Shown in pieces: positions 26,254-39,949 of a DNA stretch of 64,000 bases (its first letter is position 1; each line of letters opens with the position of its first letter). The notes under the pieces were generated by a model. That model was given only the letters and a program-made list of their open reading frames with translations. It did no database searches and had not been told where the DNA came from. This DNA is from Iphione sp. A-MEVVRFRX5. Taxonomy: Eukaryota. The position numbers and the translations under genes were made by a program. The stretch is from contig OZ320319.1 in assembly GCA_976226885.1 (NCBI GenBank), positions 49,414,001 to 49,478,000 of the forward strand, given 5' to 3'.

Positions 26254-27516
26254 TCCACAGTTTGAACCTCCATGTTTGAACCTCCATGTGCCACCAAGTA
26301 CACTTCTCTGGGGAAACTTCAGGAGTCTGCAACAATTTATTGCCCAGTTTTAAAACATGTGCAGGACTCTGATCACATAAAGACGCATTTTAACAACCGA
26401 GGGACAAACACTATTAGCTCTGCTCAAAAGTACGGGAAGAGGAAGCACTATGGCTCCCAGGACGACTACTAAACTCGCTAATTTGCGTGGCCAATGGACA
26501 CAGAGGGTGTGGCACAAGAGGAAAGTGTTCCCATTGGCCGTCAACGACAGGAAACTATTACATGCAGTTCATGCTGCTGACCGGGTGATGAGGTGCTCAC
26601 CGCAGGTCAGTCCCGGTAATTTATGGTGATTTGAGTAAGGTTAAGAGCAGCTCACAGATAGCGGAAAGGATAAACAGCGTAATGGCTCCATCTTGGCCAC
26701 GAGCCGCTCAGAGCACGGAATTAGCCTCCCCCCCCCCCCGGCACGAAGAAAGTCTGGAAAAGGCTTACGGGAATATATCGGTGAATTTGCGTACTCTGGT
26801 GCAATCAGGGATGTTCGGCAGTCCCCTAGATAACAAATGAGGACAACAGCGTTGCTGTTTACTGATAGCATCCATGGCAGCTCCTGTGTTTACTTCATAA
26901 GTAAGGTTGATACTACGAGCATACTCCATATAGTTCTCTTCCGTTTGACCTCTTTTTCCCGTGGATTTCGACGTGATGTCGAAAGCTGGATCTCATTTGG
27001 AAAGTAAAATAAAAACAAGACAAAGTTAGCTCTGAGGTGAAAAATAACTTCATAAGGTATAAGGTAAAGGATTTTTTTTATTCTACAGGGACTTGAATGT
27101 TGAAATCATGCTAGAAATGACTTATTAAAGCCTAGACAACGAACGGGGAAACTAGAGTGATCATCTTTAAAAAGAGAGAAATCCGTTTCGTTTCAGCTGT
27201 TCTTTACTGGGAACAGATGGCACTGACACCCGGTACATGAAAGGGGGGTAGCATGAAAAACTGTTAAGCAATTCGAAGAAAGCTTAGATGGCTAATAAAC
27301 AAAGATCAAAAAGTTAACGCTACAAGTAAGTCCGCCGAAAGGTTGGCGATTCCGCGAACATAACGCGCCTCGTTTCCAACATAACTGGAGCACGTGGGCA
27401 GGGTTCTCACGTGATGCCCATCCCGCGTGTATCAGGGCACCGACTCGTGTCCACCAAGCGGACAACGCTGGAACGTCAGCGTAAGAGCCATTTAGCTGAC
27501 AGCAGGCGGGAAAGAA

Positions 27517-27535
27517 CTGGCAGCAGATGGCGCTA
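27517..27535 (+). promoter_or_regulatory. CTCF-like binding motif
   Basis: CTGGCAGCAGATGGCGCTA matches 13/14 of the core CCASYAGRKGGCRS plus the 3' TA. Confidence 0.4.
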
Positions 27536-28737
27536 TGATGATATGTGTACTGATTTACAACGGGGGAGCGGACCAGTGGGATCATCAAGGTGAAAAACCA
27601 GAAACATGTGGGCTATCAGACGTGAGGTCTGGTGGCCTGGCAGCCTCAGAACGCATAACCACATAACTGCAAATGGTTTGGGGTGACGTAGTAGAGACAT
27701 AGGTTTCGTACGCGCTGCAAAGACCATCCTGTTGGTCTAATGCGTTAGGGAAACCATCAGGAAACCTCTGTCAGGAGAATACATCAGACATACTATGATT
27801 GAGTAGGAACAGGAGTGGGGGGGGGGGAATCCTGATAATTCTGCTGGATTAATTCTTATCCCATGATAACAGTGCCAACATGAAAGGCGGCTTGATAAAC
27901 AACCGAACGTAAACATGTATTTTCGTGGCGATCGCTTTGCAGATAGGCAGCTTGATTTAAGGAAAGTCATTCCTCCAACAGGATTCACCACAACGGCTGC
28001 CCCATGAACAGGTCATCTGGCGGAATCAATTTATTTGAGAATGACGATCACGCAGCTTCCAGCAAATCCAGGATACAACCTTTGATCGCCCGGGCATCTA
28101 ATAACCATCAATCACCGACGCCTGCCGTCCGCGTGCTGCGCTTGTCAGCAATCGGGCCAAAATGGCTGCCGGTCAGAACGTGAGAGCTCCCTCGACCATC
28201 GCGTGCACCCGCTGACCCGCCCTGTCCACCAGTGATTGCCAGTATTTACACTGTTTGTACAAGTATCCAGGACGGAAGGGCACACTACTCGCCCAACCCG
28301 GAAACAAACTTGCTGCGAACTGCAGGGCATTTTTAACTACCACTTGTTATTCTATGCATGCCAGTGAGCGGGGTACCAGACCACTGAATACCAGCATCTA
28401 GCCCACTTCCTACGAGAATATTATGTCTGGACAGTTTAGTTGTCAAAAATAAACAATCGGCTGCAACGAATACACAGATGATACAAAGGAGATTGCTGGA
28501 GAGACTAACCGAGAGAGAATTAGAAAACACACACATTAAGTAAGAGAAAAAGTAAAAGGAAAGGCATGGAGTAACCTGTCAAATGCCTTGGGGGAAAATC
28601 CGAATTTTAACGAATTGTAATGCATTGCCAGTTAAAAACACTGAAATTCAAGAGGTCATGATGCAATTGCAGTAAATGGGATCAAAATTCAACTTTTTAT
28701 AGAGAATTTCCTAAAGCATCTTATCTCTGTGGCGCAA

Positions 28738-28798
28738 ACACACGTGTACACACACGCGCGCACACGTACGCGAACGCGCACACACGCGCGCACGCACG
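28738..28798. repeat. Mixed CA/CG purine-pyrimidine alternation (Z-DNA-prone)
   Basis: 35-nt plus 25-nt alternating tracts separated by one break near 28772-28773. Confidence 0.8.
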
Positions 28799-31700
28799 AG
28801 GTCTGACTTTTGGGACGTTGGCAATAGATTACCAGAGAGGCAACGGACAGCAATGGCGATGAGAGCAGTTACTTTCGCAAGCTTTGGGAGGAATTGCCAT
28901 CTAAAGCCACTTCTCTTGACTACAAAGATTTTAGGAAGTTTATGACAGGGTTGAGTACGACATACAAGGTGTCACTAAAAATGCTTTAGAGAAGGAGGCA
29001 GGGGGCTATGCCACTGTCGCTTCGTAGAAGGAGGCACATGAGTTGTTGTGTAAAGGCAGTAAGGGCTTTCACTTTGTTTCTTGATGATTATCATATGTGC
29101 AAATTAAAAGGTTTAAGAAGATAGAAACCCATGTCACGGAGACTTGGCATATAGCACAGAGTTAGATGGATAAAGGTACATCAATCTTATTGTCTGTTAG
29201 CATTTTACTCCACTATTGAAGATTACTTAAGGAAAGGCCGACCAAGCTGGAACTAGAAAGCAACCTCTAAACCTCTTCAAAGGGATTTTTCACAACATAC
29301 CATTGCATTATTTTTGCATTTACCATTTATTGTTATTTCGTTAGGTAAAGATAAACCAGGGAAAATACTGGATAATGATTCATTTTACCATTTATGTCCA
29401 GTGGAAATAAAGTACTTTTTTGAATTATTGAGCTCCGAGTCAAGATTGTCCTATAAAAAACTCTTTTCATTAGTGCCCTGTTCTATGCGCAAATTTACAG
29501 TGAGGAATAGTCTTAATGAAGCTAAACACCCTATTAAATGTATTTTAAAAAATTCCTTGCATTTCTGAATAATCATTTCCCGTATTAATACAAAAACTCA
29601 ATACAACGAATGCTTATATTAATGTTCTGACCCACATGTATAGGCTATTACAGATGTATTACATGTGTATGTCTGTTAAGGTCCAATCTATGATTAAGTT
29701 ACTATCCAAGAAATGGGAAAAATCGACCTTAATGCGGAAGCGGCAACAAAGACAAATCCCTGGTGTCGGAAGAGAGTTGAGCGCATCAAAAGACTACTTT
29801 TGCGGAGATGAATCGTACATGTATTTCCGGGAAACCCTAAAAGTGGTGCCCTTTATGACAAAGCACTTTGCACCTAGAGGTCGACTACAAAAAGTATGGC
29901 TGACAGATCCGTAGCGATGTATTCAGACCGATCTTTCTGCGGTAGGGAAAGTCCAGGGAAGGAAAGTTGCTGAGTCCTGACTAGCTTGTTTGGCCTTTAC
30001 ACTAACATCCCATTTTGTTCTTCCATCAGTCACAATAAGATACCGGTCCTACGGTCAGTGATGGCGTGGCATCTCACAATGCAGGCTGAGGTTCATTCAT
30101 GGCACTATAAATCACAGCAACCCCAGAGAAAACGATTCATACTTCGGACGTACATGAGAGTGATGGCATGCCGCTTTTGGTGACGGAACATTTTAGACGA
30201 CATGCTTCTTATCAGCTGACAGACTTGGATTAAAAGAATGATGTCGAACAATTAACTGTTTTTGTCCTGGAGAGTGCTTTTCACAGACGTCTGACAGGAT
30301 ACCCTCGAGGTGCGATACATGTATTTCACAGGGAATAATACATCAAAGGCGTTCTCCTCATTAATGCCATTAAACAGGCAAGTATAACAAACATGGCCGC
30401 GGCCCCCGACCCCATCCACCACCCCATCCCACCTGCCCATGTACAGATCGATCCTCTGTGCCCCTCGCCCATCGAACTGGCGACGAGGTGTTGAACCGAT
30501 CGGGGTGCCTTCACTCAATACCCGCGGGTTATTGTGGCTGCCAAGAACCCTGTGGCAAACACCTCTTTTATCCTACTGACGCGACTTTAAGAGTGACGAA
30601 TGGGTGGCGCCTCGACGGTAATGTATAAGCTTGTGACCGGCCCGCGCCTTTTCCCACGAGGAGAAAGTAACTTTTTTACCAATCACCAAACGCAGAACCA
30701 ACAAATTGTAAATGGGCCCCATCATTCGGTGAAAGTCTCGATGTTTATCACTGGTAACGAAGAAGTAAGATCTTTAAAATGGGTCAGAACTTCACGCCCG
30801 ACCTTACACTTTACAACTGAATGGTGAATGGTAGTACTTTGGTTTCTTTTATCTGATTCTGAACAGCAACTATTTCATGCTGCCAGCAACAGTTGAAAGA
30901 CTGTGTAATGCTGACAATGATGCACTAGCTGTCTCTGTATCAAAGTTTCTGTGTTTTAGACAATGTCTATCCATCTAATGCCTTTCTCTCCATCTATCTC
31001 TCAATGTCCGTCTTTTGCCATTTCTTTAAACCTATCTCCCTGTCTAACCATTTGGTTCTATTTTCTAGCTAGATCTCTGGCAACCATTGAAAAAGCCTCA
31101 GGATATATTGCAATCATTCCTGGAATTTGAGAGGGCTTTTTTGGAACAAATACATTATATATGGATTACATGCACTCTTGGTGATTGCATATGTTACGGA
31201 CACATTTGTGTAGCAAACACATCCTGGACAGGTTTTGAAAATATGCTTACGGTTACGTTTGCATAGGTTAGCTATGCTATAGAGACATCTGAATGGTCTA
31301 GTTGATTTCATAGGAATGACCAAATACTACCCTTATGGATCTGTTAACATTAACTTTTATATGGACCTATGAATAGCCCCCAACACAAAGAAGAGAGTGG
31401 ATCTTCAGAGTCTAATGTCCCCCACCTCTACCGCTTATTACCATACGTCCGCAATGAATTATATGCCTGAGGGCACACAGCTAAGCATCACAATACTGTA
31501 TCCTACAGAGTCAGTGTGTGTGTGTTTGTGAGCAGAATGTATTGCATTGCATAATTTCATCTTTAAATGACGTCAAATAAAATGGAAATAAGCCAGTATT
31601 AAATGTCTACATAGGAATGTATCACATCAAAAAATCAGCTCATCAGACACAATAGTTTTGCAGTTATGGGAACCACAAGATTGAAATAATATTGGGCTGC

Positions 31701-34700
31701 GGTACTTTAACTTGTAAATAACTTCAAATGAAACAGAAATATGCCAGTAGCAAACAACCATACAGGGAAGTATTATGTTACAAATAAACATCAGCTCAAT
31801 CGCTTCGCAGTTATGAGAACCGAAAGATTGCGAAGGAAGGTTGAACAGGCAGGCAGCCACAATCTTAGTCTTCCCCCTACCCTCTAGAAAGTGGGACAAA
31901 AATATGAAAATCCTATTAGTGAAGTTCACATTTATCGCTATATAGGTTCTTTATAGAACCAGGAAGGTGGGGCTTTTTGTGAAAAATGTGGCAAATAATT
32001 TATTAGCAGATGACGCTTTTCTTAAGTAAAATGCTCATAAATTCCTCATTCTAGGATGCGATCCGCACTGACCATGGCCTTCTAGTCAGGAGGTCCCGGC
32101 TAAGACAGCAACATACATCCAGAATGCATTGTGCAGTCAAGTAAGTGCCTATCATTTGCGGATCACACTAATTGCAATGACTTAACCCTGTGTAAAAAGA
32201 TCGGACCGGGAATATTATAAATGGTCCCAAAGTTGAAGGAGAAAAAAACAATAACTTCGCTTATCCTGCTGCCACCCACCAGAGATAATGATGATTTCAT
32301 TCATGGCTGCATGCGCAGTTTTGCTCTCTAAGTGCAGTTGGCAAGCTGGGGCGGGGGAAAAAAGCAAAGAAATGTGGAACAAAAGAAGAGCTAATATTTT
32401 CAGAACAGAAGTAAATCTGTGGTCATACACCAGACAAGACTGTGGTACCAGACTTTTAACCAAATGGGTGCTGGCTAGAATAAAAACAATACTTGCGATC
32501 CTCATTTGAATAAGGCAAATAATACAAACAAATGAGAAATAAATTAAATCCCAAATAAGGTATGTTAAGTCCACTGCGTGAAAGGCTAGTCAACTTAATT
32601 ATATGTTGGCTTCACTCCTAGTATTTTCCTCAATAGAAGTGTACCGGTACGTGTAAACGTTATTAAATTTCCATGACGACTAGCCAAGGAAACATCCACA
32701 TCTTTGTAGGAGCAATGATTCGTCACGTTACGCTGATACGAGATGGCGGTGTTCCGCTCCGTAGTCCTGTTTCTTGATATCCATTCTTCCTGCTGCGGAC
32801 TTCGACGGAGAGCGATTTTTGAATTCTAAGTCCCTTCTACCTGACAGAGGAGGCAGTGAGCCTTCGAGCAGGACAGAGGATTGCAGGTATGAACCGCTGA
32901 TCTCACGCTGCACATTAGATATACAACCATTATGAGTAACAAAATCGCAGTGCCAGAGATCAAGAGATAATACGGAGCAAATGGTGTCCTGAAGCCAAAA
33001 CGCACAAAGTAAAACAAAATGCTTTTCATCTCTGACTAAAGGTTTCCTCAAATGTAAAAGGGGCCAAATGTTTGGAAATTACCTCTGGCTTTTGTTTTTA
33101 TTCTACTTCTCGGAAGGTCGCTTTTAATGGCTTCATGCTGACTTCACCAAAACAAGGGAAAGCACACTTGAATTCGTTTCCGAGTGGTTAACTTTCACTC
33201 TGTTCCTTTAGCGCCTGCGCTTTTTTCCCATTTCCACGACGAAAAGTGGGGAAGGAGCGGAAGGAAACATTGAAAATACGGGTATAAATTTGTGTAGCGT
33301 TGCAGGAATGGAAATTGTGTAAATCAATAAGGACTTTGTGTATCCTTGAAAAAAAAATGAGAATGAGGGGAAGGAAATGTTCTAAATAAGTCACGCGCCG
33401 GGTTACCTTTGAGGAAAACAAACGATGTTGGTGCTATATATTAAGAAGCTGTTAAACATCTTAAGATTGTGTGAATGCTCTCCGAATATCTTCTACGTAT
33501 ATACAGTTAAATATTCAATTATTGTTTAAATATTCAAATATTCAAATATTTACATCCATGATATAGATACAGTATACTGGTCTTTAACGTTCTTGTATGC
33601 CCTTGTACGTTCTTGTATGCTGCTGTTTGTATTAACAGATTTAGGCCTGTGCATTTCGGTGACAGGAGAAACGTCGATATGGGTTTCTAGGTGTGCATAT
33701 TTTTGAGTAGAGATAATGGTACAATGGAGGTAAACGTATGTACAACTGTATATATATATATATGCGGCAATATGGACACTCTGTCTGTATGTCTTTGAAA
33801 TTGTCTACATAGACCGTGCCATGATTATGCAAATGTCCCCCAAAAGGAGCTTATTCTACATAAATTGTGCCTCTTTCATATAAATGTCTCTGAAAATGAG
33901 CAGATTTTGCATGAAATGTAACTATTCTGCAAATGTCTCTGAAATGAGCAGATTCTCTGTAAATTGTACTTTATGCTGCAGAAGTCTCGGGACACTGCTT
34001 ACACTTCGTTCATACATTCGCTATCCAATAACCACAAATTTTACCGTCCTTCTTTTTTCTTTTTCCGTTTTCGATTGGGCATCCAAAGGAACCCTGTTTT
34101 CCAGAACCTAACGCCCCTTCTAACCTTCCTATCACATGTTCTACGTGTATACTGTCTTGTAACCATCTCATGCGATTCTGCAGCCACTCTAGCAGTTCAC
34201 GAACGGAGAATTTGCGGGAATTACCCTAGAGGCTCTACGAGTACAGTGTGTATGCAAATGTTATTAGTAAGAACAGTTAACTATGGCGAACTAAGTTACG
34301 GAATGTCACACCAGAGCAAGCTATCGCTGGAGACAGACCACATACATTGCGTTCACTTCCTCTACCAGGTTGGGTTATTACCCACAAGGACCTGACTCAA
34401 CAAAAAAACTAAACGCAACTTGTATGTACTTGTATTTCTACTATTTAAAAATAACTGCGTACGGACCAGAGCTGACAAGCTGAGACTGAACAGTATGTAG
34501 CTGCAGCCTAAGCGGATGTGTTAACTACATCAAGCATAGTCCCAAAGCAAGGCGTGTATATGCGCTGCGAAATGAAGCAGCCGTTGGCTGGGGCCCCAAA
34601 GGTAAATTTCGTCTGTTCCCGACAAAGGCATTCGCCTGTGTCTGAGACGCCGGGGCAGGAAACCGAATCTGACATGGCTTGGTACGGCTGTCACAACAGA

Positions 34701-35342
34701 CAGACGGAAAGTGTGGACCAAATGAGAGGAAAGGATGACATTACAAGGGGGCTGAAGGACAGTGAGACGCCGGTAATTGTATGATGCCATCAGCGGACGA
34801 AACCAGCGCAGACGCTAACACAAACGGCCGCAGCAATGTTGCATGGTGCCATGTCTGTTCAGGCACTGCCAATTACACCAATATGTGAGGCGTCTGCTGA
34901 TTGAATAACAATATTTCCCTACTTTTAATACCATGATAAGATACGCTAATTAGTTTCATTAGTAGGGGTTTCACGTAAAACACGCCGACAACAGAACTCT
35001 GAACAATAGAGGCAATCAGTGTAACTATACATCAAGAGGGCAAATGTCAAATACGTCCTATTATCAAAATAACCACCTCGTATGAACTTGGAAACACCAT
35101 CCAGCGAAAGCTATTGCAGAATGCCTTTCATTTCATTTGTCCTATTGACTGTCAAAACAACTGCCTCTCGTGGAGGCACAGGTAAAATGTCCACTCCTTT
35201 TATAAATATCTACTCAAGACAGCCGACTTTGCTGCGAGTGGTAACTGCACAGGCACCGAACACCATCCCGTCAGGGTCATGAGGATGGTATCGCATTCCT
35301 GTTGCACTAATTGGGTGTTTGACATTTATAGTGTCCATTCAG

Positions 35343-35470
35343 GTGCTGCTTGGCATGCTGGACATGAAGAAATCAACGGGTTGCCTCCTTCCTTTCTTCC
35401 GTAAAGATGAGGACCCGACGCTCTTACTCCAGTGCATCCACATTATTCCAACTGTTTTTCTGGGCCAAAA
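35343..35470 (+). mobile_element. Short LINE pre-RT fragment
   Basis: LLGMLDMKKSTG resembles LxxLDxxKSTGPD, followed by a loosely matching LxxIFNxSL-position segment. Confidence 0.3.
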
Positions 35471-38147
35471 ACCTGTGCGTCCAAGTAGATCCCGCGGTAA
35501 CTGACACACTTCTATCCTGTATCAGAGTTCTATAGGATTACAAGGGAAATTGTTCGCCCGCAAGGAAAGTGACCATTTACGGACCTGCTTATTTATCATG
35601 TACAGTGTACCTCATTGCTCGGGAATCATTTCCGTTACATGTTGACAGATTTGAGCTTAGAATGTAGTCAGAAGGAATGTATATTACAGAGGTCTGACCA
35701 AAAACACTAGACAGGGAATACAAAAGAATTACTTTCTTATTCAAGAATCTGGTTCCTTGAATTCAGACAAAAACTGCGTGTAGATGCTTTTGCTATGAAC
35801 GCTAACATTCTGCATTCTATGTGCACTTGTCTAGCATTAGTGTGACGGGTCTAATGAATGCCTGTTACTTCAACAGTTCTGTGAGTAGGCGATGTTGTCT
35901 GATTTCATATTCTACATGTTCCGTTTTTAACATTCATTCTCTTAACTTTTTTCTCTCGCTTGAAGCAAGGTGATATTAGACAGTAAGTCTGATGACATGT
36001 AGTTGTAAAGAAAATATATTAATCTATTCACTTGGCATAATCTAGGCAGTTCCTCTGGTGATGCTACCGTGAATTATGAGGCTTGATTGTTCAAAACCTT
36101 CCAATGACATATGGGCTGTCATGGGGACATGCCCCTGCCATTGTCTGGTTTGACATCATCAGGTTTGTTGAATGACACGATCACCAATCATTCTATTTAG
36201 TATTTTCAAGGGAATATCAGTGTGATAACTGATATTCTCCGCACAGTTTTGAAAATGTCTGTAATACTATTAGTATTACTTGTGATTTCATGTTGAGTCT
36301 ACCTGTGTATATTGTAGTGTCTTTTATGTGCTTCATTCCATTGAGTAGAAATCCCCTGGTCTCTATTATCGAGAGTGCAATCTGTACGTGAACCTCGAGT
36401 ACACCATCGCAGGCAAAGTCAATTTATTCCAAGAGCAACACCACTAGGAACTAGGGCAAAAGACAATAGAAATCGGCACTTGATCCCAAAAGCCCTGAAA
36501 TCACACAATACGCCTGGCATATGGTATATGAATATAAGTGCCTACACACAATGAAATATTTCATCTACAGGCCCTGTATCCATTGGCGTGAGCCCCTGGA
36601 GCCAGTGTGGACCGAAGCCACATGAATTATGGACTGTGGACATTTGCACCATTTAACAGATAGGGGGAAATCATCGAGATCCCGGTTTGAACACGTGTAC
36701 ATATGTATATGGATTAGAAATCTGTGTATGATTATACATTTGGGGTTACATTATTTTGAGTAAAACTGGATTCCCCATAATATCTGCTTATTTGCATAGA
36801 AATCGCAGGAAAATAGTGGATCCCGGAAAATATGTGCCTATTGTGTATTTTTTTCTAAATCTTGAGAAAAGGACGGATTCTAAGTGAAAATAAGCCTGTT
36901 TTTCATACATATCTCGAATATATACCATGAATGACGACTTGGCGTACAGTGTCTATGTACGTCTGTGCGATTCATGGATCTATACTCGATGAAAGAAAGC
37001 TTATATACAGCATGTTCTGAGTTGGACAGTCGGTGTCACATTCCCAACAGGTGGTATGACCAAGAGACACAGAATCCCCTCATGCTAGATACGTCCCTAA
37101 ATAAACTTAATCACACTATGATATAGGTGTATTCCAAAAACAAAAACATGCGCACTGCGTCTAATTTGCAAAAGTGAAAAACACTTTATAAGAAACCCCA
37201 GCATCCTCTGCGTGGGCAGTGATTGCGCATGGCACAGTCTAGAATCGTTCTGTGGGTAAAAGACGGATATTCTTCTTCTCCAGTTCCATTCCAGGAATGT
37301 CCCGGAGCGTAGGAACTTAAAAAGCTGGTGAACACAACGTAAACCGCATTTTTATTTCGTGTTATCAATTACCATTAAATCGAAACCTGCGACACTAAGC
37401 TCTGTTGATTGCATGTTACCACAGACACTGGAGGGCTCCCTTTGTTCTATTACAAAGTGGAAAGTAAGACTTTATGAAATGAAACGGTCTCGCCGTGAGG
37501 TGTTTTTACGGCTATACTTACAGTGCGGGAAACAGGAACATATTAAATGGCGCTATTGTCAGGCTGATTTATAGGCACATCACCATTTCATTCAAGCTTA
37601 CATGACACCATCGAGAACAAATTAGTTGAAAGTAATGTTTAACGGATGCACGGCAGGCTGCTTATATAGACTGAGGCGGATCTATAGGTAGGTAGGTACA
37701 TGCGCACATATGTACCTACACATGTGCATAGGTAGATATGATGGCAAAAGTTAGATACAGCTGAGAACCTTCTATATTTTGAACATCGTGGACATTTGCG
37801 TCTGCAGCAATATCCTTTTTCTATACATAATGCCCTGCTAATTCTCATTCGTCTGCCGTTTTCTGTAGAATGAAAAGACTGGCTGGTTATTTTTTCCGCT
37901 GGGGAATCCCCTTAAAGGGAAGAAGGTCTACTAACCAGTATCACAAGAAAGATGACTTCATCAATGTTCCGATCTTCCGGTGTCTGGAGAAGCCGATATA
38001 TTTCCCAAGTGATACGATATAAAAAGGAAATTAGACAAAATCATTGTCTTGGTTTTTTTTTATCATGTTTGCAGTATTTCCTGATGCAAACCATTCCAGG
38101 TTAAGACAAAAATTGGGCATAAATATCCCGAAACAGTATTGCACGAA

Positions 38148-38282
38148 NNNNNNNNNNNNNNNNNNNNNNNNNNNNNNNNNNNNNNNNNNNNNNNNNNNNN
38201 NNNNNNNNNNNNNNNNNNNNNNNNNNNNNNNNNNNNNNNNNNNNNNNNNNNNNNNNNNNNNNNNNNNNNNNNNNNNNNNNNN
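38148..38282. other. Assembly gap (135 N)
   Basis: Run of N characters. Confidence 1.
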
Positions 38283-38588
38283 CAATCCATGTACGGTTAC
38301 TGCCTCGATTCCCGTGGACTACGGGTAAGTGCTCATCCCTGAATGAATCATGAAGACATCGGAAATGCTAATCTTGCATGTTCAGGTGAATTTACAAAGG
38401 TGCTGGCTATCCAACAAGGACCCCTGGGTACCGCCGCTGTTTGATGGTAACGGCAGTCTCCCAAAATGGTACGGTAGATTACCCCAGCCTGTTAGGTTCC
38501 GGGATGCTCGGCTGTTCCTCCGGGGGGAAGGCGGTTCTCTATCTATCATGCGCAAATCGTCCGTCTTCTAATCTGCTTTGTGCTTCAG

Positions 38589-38633
38589 CTTTGTGCAGAC
38601 GGGCGCTGCCTATCAACGATATTGGCCGAAGAG
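38589..38633 (+). CDS. Candidate 45-nt symmetric micro-exon, product unknown
   Basis: Branch-point-like CTAAT, pyrimidine tract and CAG acceptor upstream; AG|GTAAGA donor; all three frames open (e.g. FVQTGAAYQRYWPK). No partner exons identified. Confidence 0.3.
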
Positions 38634-39194
38634 GTAAGAGAACTCTGGATCTTTTACATAGAACCAGAAGGGAAGCACCGCCCAAATGATTGCCCCTCCA
38701 CCTTACCTTTGGTTTTTGCTTTATTTCTGAATAGATTCGAGTGACAGAGAGGAAATATTTTCATACATGTAAACACGACAGATACTGCAATATATTCACT
38801 ATAAGTGGAGACCTTCTACTTCTGCCACAGATGCATGCAGGATATAGAAACTAACCAACACAATAATAATGTAATCTTAGGAGCATTGTTTGACATAAGA
38901 TGTGAAATTGAGTCATGACAACAGCATGCCATATTTCAGCAATACCCCCTACTCTATGCTTGACATCCACGTTCTCAATGGACCTGCAAAACAGACTTTG
39001 TGGTCCAATGGATGTTTGGTGCTAAGCTCACCTGAGTGCTTCCCTAATATTGCTTAGATATGTAAATTTATTTCTTCGAGAACTGCTAATGGGTCCAGAG
39101 TATTCAATGCGGTGCGCTCTGCATGATTGATAATACTTTCTTAGTTTATCAGCAGTTGGCTTCCTCAGAGGTCGGTATAAAGTGATAAAAATAC

Positions 39195-39545
39195 ATGAAT
39201 GTATGCAAAGAAATGTTAAAACAGTTCGGGCAGGATACAGCGATGTTACTCGAGTTAGGTTTGCCTGTAAAGTACTTCATTGTTATTGATCAAGATGCGA
39301 CAGCGAGAGAAGCATATAAAAGCGTAAAAAAATTCGGTGAATGTTTTCATATTATCGACATCTCCTTTCGACTTTAGGCCCTTCGTTAGGAAATGGGCGT
39401 TCAACAGGAGGATCACTGCGACTCCCAGCACGAATGGCTGTACGGCTACAAATACCTTCCATTCTCTTCTTTGAAAAAGTGTTCCTTTTGGGCGTATAGA
39501 CCATCAGGTATAATGGACTGTCAAACTTCTGGGGCTCATACATAT
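39195..39545 (+). pseudogene. Possible DNMT3-like C5-cytosine methyltransferase catalytic-domain relic with no evident introns
   Basis: Order-preserving echoes of DNMT3 motifs across frameshifts: FGQDTAMLLELGLPVKYFIVIDQDATA, HIIDI, GP(S), GGS, PAR, LYG, FW, IMDCQTSGAH. Catalytic PC and ENV are not intact. By-eye alignment only. Confidence 0.4.
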
Positions 39546-39949
39546 GTTTTAAAACGCCGTCTACTCTTTCCCTCTAGAGAGGGACGTCCCTTTGCATAAT
39601 AAATGATGGATTGCTTCTCAAGGGACAATCTTTCGTTAAAATGTTAAGCGAAGCTGACCACCAAAGGACACCTTCATAGTATCCAAATGTGTTCAGAGAT
39701 GAAATACATGTATTAAAAACAAAGGATAATCAAAATGAGATTGACTCTAAAGGACAGACCTGCAGAAAAAATGACAGGCCAAAGAACCGAGACATACGAC
39801 GCGAAAAGACAGGGACAGACATCACAGAAAAAAACTCAACGTCAATAGCTGCAGAAGAAATAAACAACGAAAACGTCTATAAACGGAAGGAATACTGACA
39901 GCGTAGGGCAGCTACACGCAGCTTGCAAAAACTTAAACAACTGAAGTCC

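Noticed and set aside
34780-34810. TGATGCC..GGACGAAAC as a second hammerhead
   Set aside because: Core and stem II are both defective and stems I/III cannot be formed.
38031-38342. ORFs spanning the N run
   Set aside because: Artefacts of translating the assembly gap.
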